Origin: an uncultured archaeon
GTDB lineage: Archaea > Asgardarchaeota > Thorarchaeia > Thorarchaeales > CAZPUN01
Reading direction: 5' to 3'
NCBI GenBank assembly: GCA_964589775.1
Contig: CAZPUN010000055.1
Location: 5,677-37,676 of the forward strand
DNA: 32,000 bases
Below, piece by piece: positions 18,796-27,577 of the stretch (position 1 is its first letter; the number at the start of each line of letters is the position of its first letter). Under the pieces are notes generated by a model, which saw only the letters and a list, made by a program, of their open reading frames with translations, was not told where the DNA came from and searched no databases. Made by a program: the position numbers and the translations under genes.

Positions 18796-19200
18796 TCAAA
18801 GGAACATAATCTTAAGATTCGGAAAGTCAATTTCGAGGTCTTTGAAAGTCTCACGTACGATCCCACTGAATATGACAATTGCATCCAAGATTTGCGCTAG
18901 ATAGATTGCGGATGCAGGAACAAAGCTTAGATTGCCTTTATAGGCAGTCTTTGCTATATTTATCATATCGACCTTCTTTATTATGAAATATTTTGATTCT
19001 ATCAGAGCAGATAAACATTTAGTTGCCTCTAGCTCGCCCATACGGTCTGCCAAAACATTATAGAGAGCTGCAACAATAAGCTCAGATGTGAATATACGAT
19101 TCTCAGGTGCTTTTAAGATTTTAAGCGCTGCCAAGCCACGTTCGGTTCCGTGAGCAATTTCCAAAAGTACGCTTAAATCGAAGATATACCTATTTTGCAT
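18796..19200 (-). CDS. PIN-domain (VapC-like) protein with degenerate active site
   Basis: YIFDLSVL N-terminal PIN motif, typical length and fold pattern; follows a small RHH-like gene; RBS GAGGTG. Confidence 0.7.
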   Translation of the reverse strand: MQNRYIFDLSVLLEIAHGTERGLAALKILKAPENRIFTSELIVAALYNVLADRMGELEATKCLSALIESKYFIIKKVDMINIAKTAYKGNLSFVPASAIYLAQILDAIVIFSGIVRETFKDLEIDFPNLKIMFL

Positions 19201-19211
19201 TGAAATACACC

Positions 19212-19427
19212 TCAGCTATATCCTTCAATAAGTCTTAGTGAGCCTTCTACAGTTCCTTTAAATTGCAAACATCCAACAAATTCGTTGATTTTTTCTGAAC
19301 TTTTCGCGTGCTGCAAAAGATATTGCAAAACATCATCAAAAGTTATAGTTTCATCACGTTCCATTTGCATCTTAAGCAAGATCTCTCTTAGCTCCTCGAA
19401 TGTCTTTTCAGACACATTTATTTTCAT
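19212..19427 (-). CDS. VapB-like antitoxin / ribbon-helix-helix DNA-binding protein
   Basis: MKINVSEKTFEEL...TFDDVLQYLL pattern; GGAGG RBS; upstream of the PIN gene. Confidence 0.65.
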   Translation of the reverse strand: MKINVSEKTFEELREILLKMQMERDETITFDDVLQYLLQHAKSSEKINEFVGCLQFKGTVEGSLRLIEGYS

Positions 19428-19521
19428 TTGTGAGCCTCCAACTCAGCAGACACTATTTGATTATATAAATTCGATACTAATAATTTTATTGATTTTAAAA
19501 GCAAAATCGCTCTTTCTTAAT

Positions 19522-20259
19522 TCATTTTAGTAATTGAAGCAAGTCGTTCTGCTGCTCTTTCGATAATTTTTTCATGCCGTCTTTTATGATCCAACGAGTG
19601 TGCCGATTATCATTCTGAGCCCAATTCCGTAGGAACTCAAACACAGCCTCAGGATCCTTTTTCGAAACTTCTCTCAATGCCCATCCTGCCGCCTTCTTCA
19701 CGTCTTTTTCAGAATCCTGCATCACTTTCTCTATCAGGTCTAGGCATCGTTTCGAATCTTCTTTTGCAGTCCGAATATATGGTGGAACTGTGGCAATCGC
19801 CAATCTGCGAGTCCATACATGCTGAGATGTAACCCAATTATGCAATATTGAAAACATTTCGTCTGAATTTGCAACTACAAGATTAACAACCGTCCGTATA
19901 GCCATCTGGTCGCAAATTTCCCAGTCTCCAATAGAATCTACAATCTCAAGAACAAAATTCTTTGTATCTTCATAATTCTTCTTACTAATATAACCCAATG
20001 CACTAATAACAATCAATTGTTCTTCTCGCCTGCCGGAATTCCAGAGCTGCAAAAGGCGTTCATATTTCCAATCATCATGAACAATTAGTTTCCCTAACTC
20101 TTTTCCAATGGAATTCAATAAAGGCGTTTTGGTGATTTTGATTTTTTCGGTCTTTTCTGCCATAAGAGCGTCCGAGATAAAATTACGTGCATCTTCAATT
20201 CTATTCTCAAATAAGAATTTGTAAATCTGTTTTGCTATCTCTTTAGTATCCAAATCCAT
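19522..20259 (-). CDS. DNA alkylation repair (AlkD-like HEAT-repeat) protein
   Basis: WEICD, WTRR and VKKAAGWALREVSKKDP. Confidence 0.88.
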   Translation of the reverse strand: MDLDTKEIAKQIYKFLFENRIEDARNFISDALMAEKTEKIKITKTPLLNSIGKELGKLIVHDDWKYERLLQLWNSGRREEQLIVISALGYISKKNYEDTKNFVLEIVDSIGDWEICDQMAIRTVVNLVVANSDEMFSILHNWVTSQHVWTRRLAIATVPPYIRTAKEDSKRCLDLIEKVMQDSEKDVKKAAGWALREVSKKDPEAVFEFLRNWAQNDNRHTRWIIKDGMKKLSKEQQNDLLQLLK

Positions 20260-20324
20260 ATGTTATCCCCAAAACTATAAGAAAAGGAAAAATAATAAAT
20301 GTTTTGAAAAAGAGGAAAAAAATA

Positions 20325-21962
20325 TTATGAGGGTACTTCGATCATGACATCTGGATTTAGAATCCAATTAGGATCAAATACTCGTTTCACTTCTGCGATC
20401 TGATGTATTTTATCACCATACATGACTTTAAGAAATTCTTTCTTGAGCTTTCCAATTCCATGTTCTGCAGAGACTGTTCCACCCAGTTCTACGGCTTTCT
20501 TGATGAATTTCATATAAAGTTCCCAAGCTCTATCTTGTTCTTCTGGATTCTTCGGAATTATATTCACATGTAGATGATTACTTCCAATGTGTCCGAACAT
20601 AACATACTCAAGACCCGAAGATTCAAGATTCTCGATATAATAATTAATGAAAGTTCGCAAATGCTCATTTGGAACAGCCATATCTGTACCTACTTTGTGA
20701 ATCTCAGGATACTTTTGCTTTATTCTAGCAATCGTGTTGTTAATATGCTCCGGAACCAAATGGCGAACAGCTTTCATTTTCTTGAATTCGGATATGTCCA
20801 TGGCAGCCCAACTCTGTTCCATATCGATGCCATGCTTTTCAAGTGCTGTCATGAGAGCCATGTAAAAGTCATCCATTTCTTCTTCCTTGAACGGAAATTG
20901 TGTGTAAATTATGGCCTCTGTATCTTCAGGAATGTCCGGAATTTGCACAGAGGAAGTCCCTGATTTCTTCGCCTCTCGCAAAATATTTACCGCATGCTTG
21001 TCCATAAACTCAACAAGTGTAGGATTGAGCCCTGAGGACTTATCACGTAAAGTATCTACAAGATCTAGAGCAGATTCCAGCTTCGGAACATATATCATCA
21101 AGGTCATAGTAGTTTCGGGTTTCTCTGTCACCCAAATCCGTACTTCTGTAATTACGCCAAGAATACCTTCAGAGCCTATGAACAAATCAACTAAATCCAT
21201 ATCTGGCTTTGCGTATAGTCCCGCAGAGTTTTTTGTTTCAGGCATCTTATAATCTGGAACCTTAACCTTAACTTCCTCACCATTCGAATATACAATCTTG
21301 AACAAACCATTTTCAGCCGTTATGTCCCCTCTATTGATATCTAACACTTCACCATTTGGAAGTACTACTCGCAATCCCTTAATCCATTCTCTCATCGCAC
21401 CATATTTGAAACTCATTGCACCTGATGCGTTAGTTGCAGTTGCACCACCCAATTGTGCGGTAGATTCTGTGGGGTCAGGTGGGAAAAAGTGCTTTTTGTC
21501 AGCCATATATTTTTCAATCACTTTGTCCATTTCAGGAGACTTGCCCTTTAATGAATCAATCTCTTTATTTTCAACAATACGATAAACATCTGCAAGAGGA
21601 ATCCCTGCCTCAAATACAAAATAATATCGCCCAGCGTCAGAATCAAAGCCAATACCCTTTAGCGCATTCATTTTTTCCATCGATATTAAATATGCATCCT
21701 CAGGAACTGCTCCGCCCGTCAGCCCAGTTCTTGCTCCTGAGATCTGCACAGGTATTTTCTGCTCATTCGCATGCGCAAGTATAGAGGCAACCTCACTTTC
21801 ATTTGCAGGGAAGAATAACGCCTTCGCTTTTCCCTTCACTGATTTTGATTCATCGGATAAATAATCAATGTAAGACTCTAAAATCTCGTTTTCATCAGAT
21901 ACATGACGAATCTTATCAATATCCACAAAATTCACTTTTTGAGTTTTTACAACATTGGACAT
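20325..21962 (-). CDS. FAD-linked oxidase/dehydrogenase (GlcD / D-lactate dehydrogenase family)
   Basis: SGARTGLTGGAVP, FPPDPT, GGATATNASG, FIGSEGILG, FGHIGSNHLH and SAEHGIG. Confidence 0.92.
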   Translation of the reverse strand: MSNVVKTQKVNFVDIDKIRHVSDENEILESYIDYLSDESKSVKGKAKALFFPANESEVASILAHANEQKIPVQISGARTGLTGGAVPEDAYLISMEKMNALKGIGFDSDAGRYYFVFEAGIPLADVYRIVENKEIDSLKGKSPEMDKVIEKYMADKKHFFPPDPTESTAQLGGATATNASGAMSFKYGAMREWIKGLRVVLPNGEVLDINRGDITAENGLFKIVYSNGEEVKVKVPDYKMPETKNSAGLYAKPDMDLVDLFIGSEGILGVITEVRIWVTEKPETTMTLMIYVPKLESALDLVDTLRDKSSGLNPTLVEFMDKHAVNILREAKKSGTSSVQIPDIPEDTEAIIYTQFPFKEEEMDDFYMALMTALEKHGIDMEQSWAAMDISEFKKMKAVRHLVPEHINNTIARIKQKYPEIHKVGTDMAVPNEHLRTFINYYIENLESSGLEYVMFGHIGSNHLHVNIIPKNPEEQDRAWELYMKFIKKAVELGGTVSAEHGIGKLKKEFLKVMYGDKIHQIAEVKRVFDPNWILNPDVMIEVPS

Positions 21963-22151
21963 CTATGCTCACCTGGACTATCTCTGACGCGTTTTGTAAG
22001 GAGTCATTTATTAATTATTCTATGAAATATCGTTTTGCCCTTTGCTGAGTTCCTTAAATTATTTAATATTTTTTAGATTTTTCTTACAATTTTTAGTTAA
22101 TACAGGAAACTATTTAAACTATTGTTAATATACCTCAATAGAGGAATGCGA

Positions 22152-24551
22152 ATGACTAGCGAAAAGGAACTAAGAATAGGAATAAAAGGAATGCACTGTG
22201 CGGGTTGTGCTTTAACAATAGAAAAGAGTCTTAGTGCTGTCGAAGGTATAAATTTTGCAAAAGTCAATTTGCCGGATGAAAAAGCAATAGTCAAATTTAA
22301 TCCGGACAAGGTTGATATTAAGAAAATCAAAGAAGTGATCAAGAGAAGTGGCTATGACGTATATGAGAAGCGGATACACTTGCCAATCAAGGAGTTTAAT
22401 CTGGATAACATTGATACGACCGTTAGGCAAATAGAAGATGAAGATGGAATTTTAAGAATAATTCCGGACAAAGAGAATCTACAATTAACAGTAGAATATG
22501 ACCCCACAGAAATTTCCTACAATAGATTGATTCAACTTTTCCGAAAGTACGGAATCGATATTAATGAGGAAAAAGATGAGAAGGAACTGAGCGCGAATGA
22601 TTTAGCTCTTCGAATGTATACAAAATTATTAATTATCTCATTACTCTTCGCAATCCCTATAGCACTTGTGAGCTTTAACATAATCACACAATATACGGCG
22701 TTTGTTACGAAAGGAGTCTTACTATTCATACTTGCAACTCCATTACAAATGATTGTAGGCTATCCTTTTTATGTTTCAGCATTCAAAGCAGCACGAAATA
22801 GAAATGCAAACATGGATACATTAGTAGTTCTCGGCACCTCATCTGCATACATCTATAGCGTAATGACTACATTCTTTATTCCGGGAGACCTGTTTTATGA
22901 TACAGCAGCGTTTCTATTTACATTCATTTTGATAGGCAAAGTTCTTGAGACAAAGGCAAAAGGAAAAACATCCGAGGCGATCGAAAAGTTATTGAATTTG
23001 CAGGCGAAAACAGCACGCCTAGTTCGGCCAGATGGTAGCGAAATAGAGATCCCAATTGAAGAAGTAAAAATAAACGACAAGATATCAGTGAAAGAAGGTG
23101 AGAAGATACCCGTTGATGGAACGATTATAGACGGATATGCATCCATAGACGAATCGATGATAACTGGAGAATCAATTCCTGTAGATAAAAAGAAAGGTGA
23201 TGAAGTATATGGTGCAACAATTAATCGAAATGGGCATATAATTATTAGAGCAACAAAAGTCGGGAAGGATACACTTCTTGCACAGATCGTGAAATATGTT
23301 CGAGATGCTCAAGTATCAAAGCCAAAGATTCAGAGACTGGCAGATAAGATATCAAGTATTTTTGTTCCAGTAGTAATGACTATTGCAGCAATAACATTCA
23401 TTTATTGGTATTTAATTGCGAAATCATCATTCATTTTCTCTCTTACATTAATGATTTCTGTCTTAGTGATTGCTTGTCCATGTGCGTTAGGACTTGCGAC
23501 ACCAACTGCGGTAACAGTAGGACTCGGTAAAGGAGCTGAAAATGGAATCCTAATGAAAGATGCAGAAGTACTTGAAATAATTCCGAAGATCACAGCAATT
23601 GTTTTTGATAAAACAGGTACACTGACGCTCGGTCGGCCGGAGGTCCATGAAATCTATGAATTAAAAGGCAAATCCGAAAAATATATTCTTGAGCTTGCTG
23701 CATCCGCTGAAAAACTCTCTACGCATCCCCTAGCAAAGGCAATTATCAAGAAGGCAAAAATGCAAAACATTATGCCCAAGAAGCCTCAAGAATATCAGAT
23801 GGTTGAGGGCAGTGGAATCATAGCCAAAGTAAATGATAAACGCGTCTTAATTGGGAATCCCAAGTTTCTTAATTCACAAGGAATTTCAACAGATAAAGTC
23901 CGGGATATTATTGAGAACTATGCAAATCAAGGTAAAACTCCAGTATGTATTACTGAGAATGAGCAAATTGTTGGAATCATTGCAATAAGCGACATGCTCA
24001 AACCAAGTTCTAAGGACTTGATTAAAATTCTGAAGGAAAAAGGAATTAAGACTTATATGATCACGGGAGATAACTGGAATGTTGCAAAGGCAATTGCAGA
24101 AGAGCTAGATATTGATGAAGTTCTAGCTGAAGTAATGCCAAATGAGAAAGCCACAAAGATCAAGGAATTGCAGGATAATGGGGAAATAGTTGCCATGGTC
24201 GGAGATGGTATTAATGATGCTCCAGCTCTTGCTCAAGCAAACATTGGTATTGCATTGGGCTCCGGTTCTGATATATCCATTGAAACAGGAGACATTATTC
24301 TAATTAAAGATAATTTACTTGACGTCATGGCAGCTATGAATCTTGGACATAAGACACTTTCAAAGATCAAACAAGGACTATTCTGGGCACTAATTTATAA
24401 TGTGATTTTCATTCCAGTAGCAGCAGGTATCTTGTTTCCTTTCGGAATTTTACTTCGACCCGAGTTTGCTGCATTGGCAATGTCTTTGAGTTCAGTCTCA
24501 GTTGTATCAAACGCACTGCTGCTAAAACGATATAATCCAAAACATAATTAG
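22152..24551 (+). CDS. copA: Cu(I)-translocating P1B-1 ATPase
   Basis: GMHCAGC HMA domain, TGES, CPC, DKTGT, HP, GDGINDAP, YN and MSLSS. Start taken at ATG 22152 after GAGG. Confidence 0.95.
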   Translation: MTSEKELRIGIKGMHCAGCALTIEKSLSAVEGINFAKVNLPDEKAIVKFNPDKVDIKKIKEVIKRSGYDVYEKRIHLPIKEFNLDNIDTTVRQIEDEDGILRIIPDKENLQLTVEYDPTEISYNRLIQLFRKYGIDINEEKDEKELSANDLALRMYTKLLIISLLFAIPIALVSFNIITQYTAFVTKGVLLFILATPLQMIVGYPFYVSAFKAARNRNANMDTLVVLGTSSAYIYSVMTTFFIPGDLFYDTAAFLFTFILIGKVLETKAKGKTSEAIEKLLNLQAKTARLVRPDGSEIEIPIEEVKINDKISVKEGEKIPVDGTIIDGYASIDESMITGESIPVDKKKGDEVYGATINRNGHIIIRATKVGKDTLLAQIVKYVRDAQVSKPKIQRLADKISSIFVPVVMTIAAITFIYWYLIAKSSFIFSLTLMISVLVIACPCALGLATPTAVTVGLGKGAENGILMKDAEVLEIIPKITAIVFDKTGTLTLGRPEVHEIYELKGKSEKYILELAASAEKLSTHPLAKAIIKKAKMQNIMPKKPQEYQMVEGSGIIAKVNDKRVLIGNPKFLNSQGISTDKVRDIIENYANQGKTPVCITENEQIVGIIAISDMLKPSSKDLIKILKEKGIKTYMITGDNWNVAKAIAEELDIDEVLAEVMPNEKATKIKELQDNGEIVAMVGDGINDAPALAQANIGIALGSGSDISIETGDIILIKDNLLDVMAAMNLGHKTLSKIKQGLFWALIYNVIFIPVAAGILFPFGILLRPEFAALAMSLSSVSVVSNALLLKRYNPKHN

Positions 24552-24662
24552 AGCCTATTCTCTTACTTTTTAACTGCAATTATGAAAGATCTAACAGAAA
24601 GAAAAATTATACCAAACAATAAATTTTTGTGCAATATCACAAATTATTATGTGGTGTGCCTT

Positions 24663-25646
24663 ATGAAATCAACTGTATATGGTCCTGTACCATCATGGAG
24701 ATTGGGCAGATCTTTAGGAATTGATTTGACATTGATTCCAAAAAAGTGCACATTAGGGTGTGTATATTGCCAATTGGGTGAAACCAAAAATTATGTTTCT
24801 AAGCCAGACGACTTGAAAAATCCTCCTGATGCAGAACGAGTTCTAAATGACCTCAAAAGGAAGTTAGAGCGAATAGACATCAATAGCTTGGACTACATCA
24901 CATTTTCAGGCACAGGAGAGCCAACACTAAATATAAACTTAGGAAGTATCGTTAAAAAGCTCAAAGAGCACTATTCAGAAATCCCACTAGCCATACTAAC
25001 AAATGCTACATTGTTTTATGATACGAGGGTGCGTCGGAATGTTATTGATATAGACCTAATATCTGCCAAATTAGATGCTGGAAATCAAAGGGCCTTTGAC
25101 ATAATAAACAAGCCAAGTCCAGATTTACCTTCTTTTGAAGAAATCGTACATCACATTAAGACGCTTAAGGACGAAATACACGGACGATTAGCATTAGAAA
25201 TTATGCTTTTGGAAGTTTCAGGGCTGATCAAAAATTATGTCGGAAAAGAGGCAGATGATCTTTTGGATAAAATTATAGCAATTAATCCAGATATTGTACA
25301 GATTTGCGCTCCATATCGTCCTACAGCACAGAAAATCGTTAAATTACCCACACAGGCTGAAATTGACGAATTTGAAGAAAAAGTTCTGCTTTATTTTCGA
25401 AAGGAGCAAGTTTGGACATATGGAAAACGGCATCATAACGAAGTTATTAGAACGAGGGGTCTGGAAGACAGCTCTGACGAAATTTTGGAACTCATTGAAA
25501 GGCGACCAGTGTCAATTGAAGAAATTTCAAGAACTCTACGATATGATAGTAAAACCGTAGAAAATGAATTAAAAAAACTCCTAAACAAATTCAAAATTAT
25601 AGAATTTGAAAAGAATGGAACAAAATATTATACTTTGAGAATATGA
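24663..25646 (+). CDS. Radical SAM protein (COG0731-like) with C-terminal winged helix
   Basis: YGPVPSWRLGRSLG, CTLGCVYC, FSGTGEPT, ILTN and AKLDA; start moved to ATG 24663 (GTGGTG RBS). Confidence 0.9.
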   Translation: MKSTVYGPVPSWRLGRSLGIDLTLIPKKCTLGCVYCQLGETKNYVSKPDDLKNPPDAERVLNDLKRKLERIDINSLDYITFSGTGEPTLNINLGSIVKKLKEHYSEIPLAILTNATLFYDTRVRRNVIDIDLISAKLDAGNQRAFDIINKPSPDLPSFEEIVHHIKTLKDEIHGRLALEIMLLEVSGLIKNYVGKEADDLLDKIIAINPDIVQICAPYRPTAQKIVKLPTQAEIDEFEEKVLLYFRKEQVWTYGKRHHNEVIRTRGLEDSSDEILELIERRPVSIEEISRTLRYDSKTVENELKKLLNKFKIIEFEKNGTKYYTLRI

Positions 25647-25667
25647 ATACAAGGCTTTTTCTATTTT

Positions 25668-26309
25668 TTAAAAGTTTATTGAGCTATTCCAATAGTCTGA
25701 GTTGTCTATCTGAACCTTGTAATTATGGGTTTCATGTATGAAATCCGTACCTACAATCTTGCATATATGCATAGTAAATCCACGATTATCTGTAGTCAAA
25801 TTGATTATGCCATTTGATATAGAATTTAGAAATCGTGATATATTTTCAGGTTGTGTCCTATTATCAAATATAAAGAGCTCGATCGTATTGAATTTTACTG
25901 CTTCTTCAATACTTTCTATAAAGAACTTCAAGACGTCTTTTACGTCGTTGTATGCAATTAGGCTATTCAGGCTATCAACAATTATAAATTCTGGACCGAA
26001 TTCCTTTCGTATATTTCGTAAGGTTATGTTAACCTCATACAATTGTGAGGAACAGGAGTACTCCGCAACAATATCCTGACCAAAGTTCATTTCGATTATT
26101 TTGAATAAATGATTTTGATGTTTTCCAAGTGATTGCATTACACGTCTGCTTCTAGGATGAAAAGAAGCATATACAATCTTTTTGTTTTCAGTTAAAACGT
26201 TTTTAATAATTTGAAGGGCAAATATCTCGGGATATGCTTCCGTTTCTGCATTTATTATGATTCCCGTGCCTTTTGGCGTGTTATGTAATATATTTTTAAG
26301 AATATTCAT
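25668..26309 (-). CDS. KaiC/RAD55-like RecA-fold protein with degenerate P-loop
   Basis: PKGTGIIIN followed by AETEAYPE in place of GxxGxGKT; Walker B FIIVDS; SNGIINL...ICKIVG tail; GAGG RBS. Confidence 0.72.
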   Translation of the reverse strand: MNILKNILHNTPKGTGIIINAETEAYPEIFALQIIKNVLTENKKIVYASFHPRSRRVMQSLGKHQNHLFKIIEMNFGQDIVAEYSCSSQLYEVNITLRNIRKEFGPEFIIVDSLNSLIAYNDVKDVLKFFIESIEEAVKFNTIELFIFDNRTQPENISRFLNSISNGIINLTTDNRGFTMHICKIVGTDFIHETHNYKVQIDNSDYWNSSINF

Positions 26310-26379
26310 ATTTATTCCTCAATGCTCGCATATCCCAAACCAAGATATAATACGATAAACCATTTTAAAAATCTATTCT

Positions 26380-26411
26380 TTTATTTAAAAAAAGAAAGGA
26401 AAGATTGAAGC
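26380..26411 (-). terminator. Oligo-T terminator after the longin-wHTH gene
   Basis: Minus strand CTTTCCTTTCTTTTTTT directly after the stop. Confidence 0.45.
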
Positions 26412-27575
26412 TCACTCAAAGCTTGGGACGGCAGGGTTGGATGGATGGAAAGCTTTGAGCATTTCCAGATAATGACTAGCTTCTTTTCCGGTCATTTCGC
26501 CTTCGTTGTATCGCTGAACCGTCTTAACGATTAACCAGCGAGGATAGACAAGATTTACACTGACGTCTGCGACAAGAATTACGAATTCATTTCCGGAATC
26601 ATCAGTGATACGCGTTAGGAGTTTCATCTTTTCGAGACGAGCCACAGCTTTCATTATATCTGATTTCTTATATTCTGAGAGCAATGTGAATAGGTGATCG
26701 GTTTGCAGTGGTCCTTCACGTAGTTTCGTAAGCAGGTCGTAAGTTGTAAAATTGATTATGATCTTGTATAATCTGAGTGCGTCTTTCCAGAGATATTCGG
26801 TTGGATTACGCTTTATGGAATTAATGTATTTTTCATGTATTTTTCTTGCTTCTTCAAGATATTTCTCAGCTACCTGCTTAGGCAACATACCGGATTTTAT
26901 TTTACGTACGAGGTCTATTGGTACTGTTCTAAGAATAAATAATCCGCGGATTAGAAATACGTGTTCTGAAGGATGTCCTTCTACCCAACCTGTTTGTACG
27001 ATTCCTTGACGAACCATTGGTCTTAATACAAGTTCTGGATCTACTTTCTTTCCCATCTCAGATTGAATGATCGACTCTACATCCGGAACGCTGATTGTTC
27101 CTTCTTCGAGTAAGTCTTCCAGAATAATCTTACGGACAGGCTCGCCAATTATATTTGCCAATCTCTGTTCTTGAGTCATCTGAGTGTATCTGGAAATCTG
27201 CGTGTAATAGCTTCTAAGTGATTTCTTATAGCTATCATCATATGCATTAATGAGCAGTTTTGTACCGACCTCTGTGAGCGCATCCTTATAGTCTTCTGGT
27301 TCTTCATCAGGACCCACTACAAGCATAACCATTGATGGCTGATGTCTCAAATGAAGTGTTAGACCACCATAGTAAACTCCTACTTTGAATTCATCAAATG
27401 AAAGGGAGACAAAGCCGGGTTTGGGCGTTTCTTCTGTTTCACCGAGCGTACAGTATCCATAGACCTTCATTAGAGTTGTAGCATCGAGACCCTTCTTGAG
27501 CTTCTTGGGATATTTTGCAACAGCGACTGGACCAACTTCATCGTCCCATTGGATTACAGCCATTCCTTCGGGCAT
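26412..27575 (-). CDS. uDENN/longin-domain protein with tandem winged-helix domains (NPRL2/NPRL3-like architecture)
   Basis: N-terminus AVIQWDDEVGPVAVAKYP matches the uDENN F/W-D-x3-GP-x5-YP motif; two wHTH-like segments (RKIILEDLLEEG...MVRQGIV; DLLTKLREGP...LEKMKLL). Start is 2 nt after the upstream stop. Confidence 0.75.
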   Translation of the reverse strand: MPEGMAVIQWDDEVGPVAVAKYPKKLKKGLDATTLMKVYGYCTLGETEETPKPGFVSLSFDEFKVGVYYGGLTLHLRHQPSMVMLVVGPDEEPEDYKDALTEVGTKLLINAYDDSYKKSLRSYYTQISRYTQMTQEQRLANIIGEPVRKIILEDLLEEGTISVPDVESIIQSEMGKKVDPELVLRPMVRQGIVQTGWVEGHPSEHVFLIRGLFILRTVPIDLVRKIKSGMLPKQVAEKYLEEARKIHEKYINSIKRNPTEYLWKDALRLYKIIINFTTYDLLTKLREGPLQTDHLFTLLSEYKKSDIMKAVARLEKMKLLTRITDDSGNEFVILVADVSVNLVYPRWLIVKTVQRYNEGEMTGKEASHYLEMLKAFHPSNPAVPSFE

Positions 27576-27577
27576 CT

